This document shows, in pieces, positions 39,527 to 48,191 of a stretch of 64,000 nucleotides of DNA (its first letter is position 1; every line of letters begins with the position of its first letter). The DNA is from Patescibacteria group bacterium. GTDB taxonomy: Bacteria; Patescibacteriota; JABMPQ01; JAQVVF01. The stretch spans positions 10,464 through 74,463 of the forward strand of contig JBAZSC010000004.1 of assembly GCA_041662665.1 (NCBI GenBank). Direction: 5' to 3'. The notes below the pieces were generated by a model. It was not told the origin of the DNA and did not search any database. It saw nothing but the letters and a program-made list of their open reading frames with translations. The translations under genes and the position numbers were made by a program.

Positions 39527-40570
39527 ATGTCCACAAAACTTTCAGACTACGACTACAATCTTCCACAAAAACTAATTGCCCAAACACCAGCTTCTCCAAG
39601 AGACAAAGCACGTCTTTTAGTTTTGAATCGAAAAAATGACAAGATTTTTCATCACAAATTTTTCGAAATTGACAAATTTTTGAAAAAGGGCGATGTCATA
39701 GTTTTAAATAATACCAAAGTCATTCCAGCCAGATTATATGGCAAAAAAGAAACCGGCGGTAAGGTCGAAATTTTATTATTAAATCCTGTAGCGACAGGGC
39801 ACTGCCCTGTCGCGGTCTGGTCGTGTCTCACCAAGCCAGGCTTAAAACCAAATACTAAAATAATTTTTAATAACAAAATTTCTGCCAAAATAATTTCTCG
39901 TGAAAATGAAAAAGCAACTATAGAATTTGATTTAAACAAAAAACAATTTAACCAATTTTTAAAAAAATCTGGCAATGTCCCATTACCTCCATACATCTCA
40001 CCAAAACAAAAAAACAATAAAACAAAAAAACAATACCAAACCGTTTTCGCAAAATTTGATGGTTCTGTCGCCGCTCCAACTGCTGGTCTTCATTTCACGA
40101 ACAGATTAATCAAAAAATTAAAAAATAAAGGTATTAAATTTGAATATATAACTTTACATGTCGGTTTAGGCACTTTTCAGCCAGTCAAAGAAAATGATAT
40201 TACTAAACACAAAATCCATTCAGAATACGCTGAAATTTCTGCACAAACCGCTAAAAACTTGAACAATGCAAAGAAAAAAGGCCATCGCATTATCGCTTGT
40301 GGAACAACAGTAGTTCGAACACTCGAAGCCGCAGCAATTAACAATTTAGCAATTAAACAATTTAGCAATAATACATCAATTTTTATCACGCCAGGCTATA
40401 AATTCAAATTCGTTGACGCGATGATCACGAATTTCCATTTACCAAAATCAACACTATTAATGTTAATTTCTGCTTTTTCTAATTTAAAACAAATTAAAAA
40501 AACTTATAAAGTCGCCATAAAAAACAAATACAAATTTTATTCTTTCGGTGACGCAATGTTAATATTGTAA
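39527..40570 (+). CDS. queA: S-adenosylmethionine:tRNA ribosyltransferase-isomerase QueA
   Basis: LIAQTP, PLPPYI, YQTVFA, GSVAAPTAGLHFT, TNFHLPKSTL and YSFGDAM. Start moved to ATG 39527. Confidence 0.97.
   Translation: MSTKLSDYDYNLPQKLIAQTPASPRDKARLLVLNRKNDKIFHHKFFEIDKFLKKGDVIVLNNTKVIPARLYGKKETGGKVEILLLNPVATGHCPVAVWSCLTKPGLKPNTKIIFNNKISAKIISRENEKATIEFDLNKKQFNQFLKKSGNVPLPPYISPKQKNNKTKKQYQTVFAKFDGSVAAPTAGLHFTNRLIKKLKNKGIKFEYITLHVGLGTFQPVKENDITKHKIHSEYAEISAQTAKNLNNAKKKGHRIIACGTTVVRTLEAAAINNLAIKQFSNNTSIFITPGYKFKFVDAMITNFHLPKSTLLMLISAFSNLKQIKKTYKVAIKNKYKFYSFGDAMLIL
39788..39813 (+). repeat. GTAG-footed REP-like palindrome in-frame in queA
   Basis: GTA-GCGACAGGGC-ACT-GCCCTGTCGC: a perfect 10-bp stem encoding VATGHCPVA. 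Confidence 0.85.
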
Positions 40571-40626
40571 AACAAATTTTAAACTAATTTTCCGACGCTC
40601 TGACGTTCTGACGCTCTGATTTTCCG

Positions 40627-40654
40627 AAATAAAAAAGAGCCCATTAGGACTCTA
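40627..40654 (-). terminator. Intrinsic terminator, duplicated exactly at 41425-41452
   Basis: 28-bp AAATAAAAAAGAGCCCATTAGGACTCTA in both places; on the minus strand it reads hairpin plus T6. Confidence 0.8.
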
Positions 40655-40666
40655 TAAAAAAGAGCT

Positions 40667-41203
40667 TCAGTTCATCTTCATCCTGTAAGCTTCACAAACC
40701 TTGAAAGTCAGACTTCCCCGAAAATCATAATAGTTGGTAGCACGCTTGCCATTTCCATTCACTGGCAAGTTTTCATAATCGTAAAAAGTTGAATCGTCAA
40801 TGTGACTCAACGAAATCTTTCGAGCCATTTTGCGATTCACATTGATTGCAGTCATCATTCGACCCTTGTATCGCTTCGGCCGATGTCCACCGATCAACCG
40901 CTCAGCGCGACGATTGTCTTCACCAACCTTCACGCCAACAGTCAACAGATGACGCCGCCTCAAGTTCGAATAAGGAGTGCCATTCCCACGTTCACCATGA
41001 TGTTTTCCAGTCCCGGCAACAGGCTTGCCCCGAACCGGATCTCTCATCCATTCCATCACATTCTTCTTCTCTTCACGCTTCCTTTCCACTTGCTTTCGCA
41101 CTTCTTCGTCATACGACATCCTGTTCTCAATTTCTCTTCTCTGATAGTCTCTGTCAGCAGTATTCTTGTTTGCAACACAAGCAGTATCTCGATGAATGCC
41201 CAT
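40667..41203 (-). CDS. Orphan Arg/Lys-rich protein (AGTGKHHG family, copy A)
   Basis: GGAGGG before ATG 41203; promoter TTGACA-16-TATAAT at 41301-41274. Confidence 0.65.
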   Translation of the reverse strand: MGIHRDTACVANKNTADRDYQRREIENRMSYDEEVRKQVERKREEKKNVMEWMRDPVRGKPVAGTGKHHGERGNGTPYSNLRRRHLLTVGVKVGEDNRRAERLIGGHRPKRYKGRMMTAINVNRKMARKISLSHIDDSTFYDYENLPVNGNGKRATNYYDFRGSLTFKVCEAYRMKMN

Positions 41204-41273
41204 CTCTTTCCCTCCACGCGCCTGTTTTTCCAGGCTGTTCGTCCCTCCACGACACCAGAAAACAGAATAAAAC

Positions 41274-41301
41274 ATTATATCACAACCATATAATTTGTCA
41301 A
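41274..41301 (-). promoter_or_regulatory. Sigma70 promoter with perfect hexamers
   Basis: TTGACA aattatatggttgtga TATAAT with extended -10 TG. Confidence 0.75.
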
Positions 41302-41477
41302 GATTTTTCAATATTTAAGCTTATTTAAAACAAAAAAACTACAAACATTTCCGAAAATCTGACAATCAGAAGCTCAGAAGTCTGACGCTCCGACGCTCCA
41401 ACGCTCCGACGTTCCCACGTTCCCAAATAAAAAAGAGCCCATTAGGACTCTACAAAAAGGTACAAATTACAAATAGT

Positions 41478-42338
41478 TCAATCGAATACAACTGGTACGA
41501 ACCCACCCTGATTGTGCCAAGGCATATGCTCTCCCATCGCAAATCCGAAAGGATCTTCAAACCGACGATCTTCCAGATCCTCAATCTTTGGAACCTTCCA
41601 ATTCGAACTCCGATCTGTAACAACTCGATTCAGCTTAGGATCGAACATTCTGAATTGAAGCCCATCTTGACTGAAAAGATCCGCATTGAAATGGATTCCT
41701 CCATTCCTATCTTCTGCATCTTCATCTTCATCATGTTCATCAAACTGCTCAAAACTCTTCCCATCAGAAGAATTGTCATCATCTTCACAATCGTCTTCAT
41801 CCTTATCATTCACATCATCAGCACAAATGTAAGCAACAGCCGGTTCAGGCACATCGTTGATAGTCTTTTTCTTTGAAATGGCCACAAGTTCCTCAATCGT
41901 AACCTGATGCTCTTCCCTGAATTGCCGATCGATCTCAGCTTCCCATTCCTGAATGGTCGAATCATCAGCTTCACTCAAAGTCATCTTCCTCAAAACCAGA
42001 TCACGATGTTCACTTTCCATATCATGCACACCCTTCGGCTGTTTCGTTCCAATCAACCTTGTTCCACACTTCAAACGAATTGTACAAGTTGATTCACCTT
42101 GTCCAGAATCACCATGATGCTTTCCAGTTCCAGCAATTGGAAAACCCCTTTCCGGAGCAATGTAAGTTCGCTTCTCCCCTTTCTCTGCAAGTTCGTTCAG
42201 CCTCATCGTATGATAAACACGCTTCTGATCCTTGGACAACCGAGCCATTTCTCTTTCCCTCCGCGCCACCAAAACTTCTTGTTTGGTGGTCGTTTTCCCG
42301 CTTTTTTCTCTTGCGGGTCCCATCGATCTCGTACCCAA
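41478..42338 (-). CDS. Orphan protein with an acidic tract (AGTGKHHG family, copy B); start may be ATG 42323
   Basis: Shares P(V/I)AGTGKHHG and RK..LS..DDST with copy A; promoter TTGACA-17-TAGAAT at 42401-42373. Confidence 0.7.
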   Translation of the reverse strand: MGTRSMGPAREKSGKTTTKQEVLVARREREMARLSKDQKRVYHTMRLNELAEKGEKRTYIAPERGFPIAGTGKHHGDSGQGESTCTIRLKCGTRLIGTKQPKGVHDMESEHRDLVLRKMTLSEADDSTIQEWEAEIDRQFREEHQVTIEELVAISKKKTINDVPEPAVAYICADDVNDKDEDDCEDDDNSSDGKSFEQFDEHDEDEDAEDRNGGIHFNADLFSQDGLQFRMFDPKLNRVVTDRSSNWKVPKIEDLEDRRFEDPFGFAMGEHMPWHNQGGFVPVVFD

Positions 42339-42587
42339 AATAACATAGAACTAACCAGAAATATAGCATTTTATTCTATCATTAAAAAATAAAAATGTCA
42401 ATAGAAATCAAAAATACCAACTTTTTGGCTTTAAAAAGACAAGAAAAATATCATAAATTTGAGTGGTGGCGTTCTGACGATCCAAAGCTCCCACGCTCCG
42501 ACGCTCCGAAAGTCCCACGCTCCGACGCTCCCACGTCCCACGTTCCCAAATAAAAAAATGGCATCAAAGCCATTAAATAAAGAACAA

Positions 42588-42941
42588 CTACAACTTTTTT
42601 GCTTCTACTCTTCTTTCAATTTCTCGCCTTACAGCCGACAACACACCTTGAGGCATCAGCTTCGAATCAAAATTCGTCCAACGAAAAATTTCAAAACCTA
42701 CTTTGATTTCACCCAAAGCAATCACTTCTCTCGCAATTTCCAACCTTTTCTGCAAATAATCCAAATCTTCCTTTCTGCACCATCCTCTCCTTTCAAATCC
42801 AAATTCATCAAAACCCCAGTCTGCCAAAACATCATCTGGATGATCAAAAAAATCTGTTTTGTGATCACCCTCGAAAGGATAAAAAACAGTACCACGCCTA
42901 ACAAAAATATCATTCAATGCATACTTCCGACCCTTATCCAT
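42588..42941 (-). CDS. Orphan hypothetical protein
   Basis: AAGGAGAGG before ATG; promoter TTGACT-16-TATACT near 43022-42995; downstream hairpin with T-tract. Confidence 0.65.
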   Translation of the reverse strand: MDKGRKYALNDIFVRRGTVFYPFEGDHKTDFFDHPDDVLADWGFDEFGFERRGWCRKEDLDYLQKRLEIAREVIALGEIKVGFEIFRWTNFDSKLMPQGVLSAVRREIERRVEAKKL

Positions 42942-43117
42942 TTCCTCTCCTTTGCCTGTCTCCCCCTTTTGACAGGCTTTTTTTGCACCTTAAAAGTATA
43001 TCAAAATTTTTCATAAAGTCAATATTATATTATAATCATAATATCAAAACCCTTGACTTTAAATAAAAAAGATATTATAATCAACCGTTCGTTCTCTTGA
43101 CAACAAGGGGGGAAAAA

Positions 43118-43918
43118 ATGCCTCCATTCAGCCAAACAAGATTAAATATCAACAAAATGCTTTTTGAACGAAAATGGTTTCAAAATACTGATGCTAATAT
43201 CGTTCAAAAACTCTTCAATTTGCCTGAAGCTTGTAATGGTTTTTTGGAAGATCTAGCAATTCGTCCTGAACAAATTGGCAAATGGACACTTTCCAAAATC
43301 TCTGAAATCTTCATTCCATTCAATGAACGTGCCTGGAACATTTACATCGTTTTTGAAATCAAAAATCAGAATGATGAAATCAGTCATTTCCAATACCATT
43401 CTTGGCAAAAAGGACCTTCGTCTGGAGTCAAAGGCATTGTTTTGATCAAAGATAAGACTTCTGGAAAAATCTCACACTTTGTTTTATTACAAGGCTATAA
43501 ATTTGGAGCAGGAGTACTAACTTTCGATTGTATTGGTGGCTTTGCTGAAGATGGTGAAGAAAATGAAGCCGGAATGACACAACGATTCCGCACTGAAATG
43601 AAAGAGGAGCTGGGACTTCCAACCTTGCCTCCTCATCAAATTGTTTCTCTTGGCAGATTTAATCCAGATGCTGGGATTTCCAATAACAGACCTTTCTTGA
43701 TGGTTGCAATTGTTTCTTCTGAACATTTGCCATACATCGAAACATCAAATCTCCCTAATCCAAGCACATTTGAAAACGTTGCAAAAATCATTGTTCCAGT
43801 TTCCGAACTTGCAAGATTTGTTGACAATTGCGAAGACTCGTTCTTTCATGTCTGCATTACCAGACTTTTAGCCAAAGGCATTACTCTTTCCACCAGCCCC
43901 ATCTCAACTCACCCTTAA
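43118..43918 (+). CDS. Nudix-like hydrolase (divergent Nudix box)
   Basis: CIGGFAEDGE...RFRTEMKEELG, then SLGRFNPDAG; promoter TTGACT-17-TATAAT at 43053-43081. Confidence 0.65.
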   Translation: MPPFSQTRLNINKMLFERKWFQNTDANIVQKLFNLPEACNGFLEDLAIRPEQIGKWTLSKISEIFIPFNERAWNIYIVFEIKNQNDEISHFQYHSWQKGPSSGVKGIVLIKDKTSGKISHFVLLQGYKFGAGVLTFDCIGGFAEDGEENEAGMTQRFRTEMKEELGLPTLPPHQIVSLGRFNPDAGISNNRPFLMVAIVSSEHLPYIETSNLPNPSTFENVAKIIVPVSELARFVDNCEDSFFHVCITRLLAKGITLSTSPISTHP

Positions 43919-43938
43919 GTGAGTTTTTTTATTCCTTG

Positions 43939-44040
43939 TCAACCGTAATGCCTTCAAAATTTAGTTTCAAAAATTAAGGGATTTAGAAAATAAGAAAATT
44001 AAAATAAATTCATATCATATTTTTAAGGCATGAAGGTTGA
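43939..44040. repeat. ~100-bp MITE-like element with 22-bp imperfect terminal inverted repeats
   Basis: TCAACCGTAATGCCTTCAAAAT versus reverse complement TCAACCTTCATGCCTTAAAAAT (19/22); lies between two terminators. Confidence 0.55.
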
Positions 44041-44101
44041 ACAAAAAAATCGCAATAGCGATTTAATTTAGAGTTATTTAAATAAATAAAAGTTTATTTT
44101 T

Positions 44102-45469
44102 TCAATTTTCTTTTTCCGTTTTCAATTTTGTAATAATCATCAAAGCAATAATCAACCAAAATAAAATTGACAAATCATTTTTAAAATACGGCACATCAAC
44201 AATACCATGCATAATTATACAAACCATCGCACCCATCAAAGCAATTTCCAATTTCCAATTTCCAATTTCCAATTCTCCCATCCCAGTTTGTAATTTGTTG
44301 TTTGTAATTTGTTTGTTTTTTTGTTCTTTTGTTTTTTTGTTTTTTTCAAAACCTTGCCAAAAGAATAAAACTAAAATCCAAACAAAAGAAATTAATCCGA
44401 GCACCCCCGTCTCCACCCAAAAATTCAAAATAATATTATGCGGATAAACTAAAATTTCAGTATGCTTATTTAATTTATAATTTGGATAAGCTTTTTGAAA
44501 TCCAGCTAAACCAGCTCCAAAAATTGGATTTGCTTTTATTAAATTCCATGTTCCTTCCCAAAGAACAAGTCTCACATCGCCTGAAGTTTCTTGAAAAGTA
44601 ATAATTGGCACCACTTTTTTTGAAGTTACTGGAACTATCAAAATAGAAATTATCGAAACAATCGCCAGTCCAACCACCCACCATCTGAATTTCGTAAACA
44701 TCAGCATAAAAAACAATCCGATCAAAATTCCAAAAATCGCACCCTTAGACACAGCCAAGACAACTGCTATTACTCCTGCTAAAACAACCAAACAATAAAA
44801 CAATAAAACAAAAATCGACACAATTTGTTTTCTTGTTTTATTGTTTTCTTGTTTCATGCCGACAATCAACCCACTAAACAATACAACTATTGGTGCGACA
44901 TATAAACCGATCGCATTTGGATAATCAAACACGCTCGTTGCTCGTTTTAAATTTGGCAAATTATAATCTACTGGAATATTAATATTAAAAATGTATTGAA
45001 TAATCGCATAAACAGAAATAACTAATGATGACAAACCTAATGCCCACAAAATTAAATTTAATTGCTTTTTAGATCTTAAGACATCAAGCAAAATTAAAAA
45101 AACTAAAATTGGTTCTACAAAATATGCTCTAAATCTTCCCAAAGCATGTTTAAAATCAGCCGAAACAAAAACTGAAATTATCGCAGCCAGCAAAAATAAC
45201 AAAATTGGCAACCACCATTTTTTCAACAGTTCTCGCCAATTCGCAACAGTCTGCTTTATCTCTTTATTTAAAATCTTCTTAACAACAAAAATTAGAGTTA
45301 AAACTAATACCATCAATTCCAAAAATGTTGACGGCAATGGCCCAAGATTAAATCTCAACAAATACAATGGCATGGCAAAGACAACTAGACTTAATCCAAT
45401 ATCAACTCTTCGCCAACAAATAATGGCGTAAATAATCAATAGTGAAAATACAATAATTATGTTTAACAT
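44102..45469 (-). CDS. O-antigen ligase (Wzy_C) family membrane protein
   Basis: RATSVFDYPNAIG, SKGA, RLVLW, PIFGAG and YPHNIIL. Confidence 0.88.
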   Translation of the reverse strand: MLNIIIVFSLLIIYAIICWRRVDIGLSLVVFAMPLYLLRFNLGPLPSTFLELMVLVLTLIFVVKKILNKEIKQTVANWRELLKKWWLPILLFLLAAIISVFVSADFKHALGRFRAYFVEPILVFLILLDVLRSKKQLNLILWALGLSSLVISVYAIIQYIFNINIPVDYNLPNLKRATSVFDYPNAIGLYVAPIVVLFSGLIVGMKQENNKTRKQIVSIFVLLFYCLVVLAGVIAVVLAVSKGAIFGILIGLFFMLMFTKFRWWVVGLAIVSIISILIVPVTSKKVVPIITFQETSGDVRLVLWEGTWNLIKANPIFGAGLAGFQKAYPNYKLNKHTEILVYPHNIILNFWVETGVLGLISFVWILVLFFWQGFEKNKKTKEQKNKQITNNKLQTGMGELEIGNWKLEIALMGAMVCIIMHGIVDVPYFKNDLSILFWLIIALMIITKLKTEKEN

Positions 45470-45520
45470 AAACTCAAAGCACTAATTTCGTTAAAAGCTT
45501 CTAAGGTCGCTTTTAACTCC

Positions 45521-45630
45521 TAAACAAATTCAAAACTCAAATTTCAAATTCCAAAACATTGACGACGAGTTTTGAAAATTTTGATTTTGAGCATTTAGAT
45601 TTGTTTAGAATTTAGGATTTAGGATTTTCT
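45521..45630. repeat. Inverted repeat hairpin with GACGACG loop
   Basis: TAAACAAATTCAAAACTCAAAT...CAAAAC-attgacgacga-GTTTTG...TTTGAGCATTTAGATTTGTTTAG. Confidence 0.75.
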
Positions 45631-45634
45631 AAAA

Positions 45635-47515
45635 TTATTTTTCAGGTATATTATAAACCAAAATTGATCCGCCAATTATTGTTACTGGCTTATATTTTTC
45701 AAGCCAAGAATAATCTTTTTCTCCGTTAACTCTCGCATAATATTTTGAATTCTGATAATAAGTTGCTGAAACTGCCAGCCAACCAGTTGTTTCGCCAAAA
45801 CTCGATCGCCATAATTCTTGTTTATCACCCATATAATAAGATGGTACTGATCCGCCAAAATAATCAACTTTTATTTTTTCAATTTTATTATCATCAACAA
45901 ATTTTGCCAATCTCTTCAAATCCTGACCCCAATCAGTATTAGAATCAACTGAATATTTATAGCCATTTTTGTACCCACCAACTAACTCATTATAATACGC
46001 TAAATAATGAGGCCAAATTTCAAATTGAACAACAATATACCACAAAATTAACAAAGTACCAAAAATAATTCTCGGAATTTTAAATTTCATTGTCTTGTTC
46101 ACTTGATCTGTTCCTAGCTCCCGCATTCGAGACTCATTCGAAAAATCGATTCGAGTGAGCTTCGCAAAGCCCCATCCGCACAGCATTATCATAAATGGCC
46201 ACAAACCTAGAATATGCCTTAAACCAATATTTAAATTTCCTAATATACCAACCATCATAAACATTGTTATGCAAGTAATTGCAATAAAGAAAAATAAATA
46301 ATCATTCATTATTTTCACAAACTCATTCCAAAATCGATTCCATTTTCCATGAATATCAAGCTGTTCTTGATCTTTTTTTACTCGTTTATAAATACAATAG
46401 CCTAATACAATTAATGAAAATCCCAACAACATCTGCAAAACTAAAGTAGTTTTAATTAAAAATGACACTGGATAAAAATACCACCAAGATTGATTAGATG
46501 TCTGACCTAAAAAATAAGTCGTATTTCCACCAGCTACTCTAGCAAAAACCATTCTAAGTCCCAAACCATAATATGCGTATGGACGTAAAACTCGATTATC
46601 CGACATTTTATTCAGAACATTTTTAATCTGAATTGACAGATTATCAGTTTGCTCTAAAGAACCATTTATTGTTTGATGAATTTTGTCTACAGGCATTCTA
46701 CAAGTAAACAATGCATAAGTTGCTCCAACTATTGAAAATCCGATCGCACAAATTAAAATAAAAGAAATTGAGAACATCCATAATCTTCCAAACCATGCTC
46801 GTTTAAATTTATTATATCCCAAAAAAGTAGTCGGGCTAGTTGGTCTCCAAACAAACACTAAAACAAAAATTAATAAAATCATGTAGACAACTAACAGAAT
46901 ATTTGAAAATTTTGCTAATTGCGCGATTCCAAAAAATATTCCGCTTGCCCACAAATACCAGCCTTGCGGTTTTTTTATAAATTTATAAAAATAATAAATT
47001 GCAAAAAAGAAAGTTGCTGTCGCGCCCAAATCAGTTGTTACCAATCTAGAATGAGCCAAAATATTCGGCGATAAACAATAAAAAAATAAACAAACAAGTC
47101 CAACTTTCCAACCCCACAATTCTCGTGCAAAACGATAAATAAATAATCCAAAGATTAAGGCTAAAATCAAAACTGGAATTCTAGTCAGCAATAAAATTTG
47201 ATCTGCATTGTTACCCATTCTATAAATAAATTCCCAACCGCATTCCCATTGTCCATTTGTATCAGTTGTCCAACAAATTTTATCAACTGGAAATTTCAAA
47301 TTCTTAACAAATAATAATGGCAATGCATCCCAAACTTTAATCAATGGCGGATGTTCTGGATTTAACCTATAATCTAAATATTTTATATAAGAATAACCAG
47401 CTGGAATATGTGCCACTTCATCCGTTGTACCAGAATCGCCTTTCAAAGAATAAAGACCCAAAACAAACATGGTCCCTAGCATTAATAAAACAAATAGCCA
47501 TTGAAATTTTTTCAT
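45635..47515 (-). CDS. GT-C fold ArnT/PMT family glycosyltransferase
   Basis: TTDEVAH, NPEHPPL, HSRLVTTD, LAKFS and DSNTDWGQDL in a multi-TM protein. Confidence 0.85.
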   Translation of the reverse strand: MKKFQWLFVLLMLGTMFVLGLYSLKGDSGTTDEVAHIPAGYSYIKYLDYRLNPEHPPLIKVWDALPLLFVKNLKFPVDKICWTTDTNGQWECGWEFIYRMGNNADQILLLTRIPVLILALIFGLFIYRFARELWGWKVGLVCLFFYCLSPNILAHSRLVTTDLGATATFFFAIYYFYKFIKKPQGWYLWASGIFFGIAQLAKFSNILLVVYMILLIFVLVFVWRPTSPTTFLGYNKFKRAWFGRLWMFSISFILICAIGFSIVGATYALFTCRMPVDKIHQTINGSLEQTDNLSIQIKNVLNKMSDNRVLRPYAYYGLGLRMVFARVAGGNTTYFLGQTSNQSWWYFYPVSFLIKTTLVLQMLLGFSLIVLGYCIYKRVKKDQEQLDIHGKWNRFWNEFVKIMNDYLFFFIAITCITMFMMVGILGNLNIGLRHILGLWPFMIMLCGWGFAKLTRIDFSNESRMRELGTDQVNKTMKFKIPRIIFGTLLILWYIVVQFEIWPHYLAYYNELVGGYKNGYKYSVDSNTDWGQDLKRLAKFVDDNKIEKIKVDYFGGSVPSYYMGDKQELWRSSFGETTGWLAVSATYYQNSKYYARVNGEKDYSWLEKYKPVTIIGGSILVYNIPEK

Positions 47516-47533
47516 TTTTGTTTTTTTGATTAT

Positions 47534-48139
47534 TTATTTTGTTTCTTCTTCAACAACCTTGAATAATTGCTTCTTCAAATACATTACAATAAAAATTACA
47601 ATAACACCTACAACAACAATCAAGGTCACAAACAAAATACTATTTTGCACATATTGCCTTAAAACTTGCCAAGATTCTCCGAAAAAATAGCCTAAGAATG
47701 TCATAACAGTTGCCCAAACAAAACTGCCAACCGCATTCAACAATAAAAATTTTCCGAAATTAATTCTTAATGCTCCAGCCAAAATCAAAACCATTGCTCT
47801 GACTCCATAAACAAATCTTACCAACAAAATTGTTTTGCTAGCATGTTTTTTCAACAGTTGATCAAGACCAACAGCTTTTTCTTTTTTTCCAATTAATACT
47901 TTTTGTAATCTGTTTACCAAGGCCTTCTCTCCAAATCTTCCAATTACGTACCAAACAATATCAACTAATAATACTGCAATTGTTGCGAAAAAAATCACCC
48001 AAACAACATTAAAATAACCTTGGGCTGCCAAAAATCCAGCTGCTAAAAGTAAAATTTCTCCACCAACAATAACACCGGCAAAAATTCCAATGTAACCATA
48101 TTGTATTAAAATTGCCGAAAGCGCGGAAATTTCTAACAT
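47534..48139 (-). CDS. DedA family membrane protein
   Basis: GEILLLAAGFLA, RFVYGVR and GYFFG. Confidence 0.9.
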   Translation of the reverse strand: MLEISALSAILIQYGYIGIFAGVIVGGEILLLAAGFLAAQGYFNVVWVIFFATIAVLLVDIVWYVIGRFGEKALVNRLQKVLIGKKEKAVGLDQLLKKHASKTILLVRFVYGVRAMVLILAGALRINFGKFLLLNAVGSFVWATVMTFLGYFFGESWQVLRQYVQNSILFVTLIVVVGVIVIFIVMYLKKQLFKVVEEETK

Positions 48140-48191
48140 AGTAATTAAATCTCAAATTACAAACAAATCTCAAATCACAAAGATACAAACT

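Noticed and set aside
40802-43016. Plus-strand ORFs overlapping the orphan array (40802, 40846, 41514, 42459 and others)
   Set aside because: SD motifs, promoters, terminators and the shared protein motif all support the minus-strand ORFs; these are shadows of GC-richer DNA.
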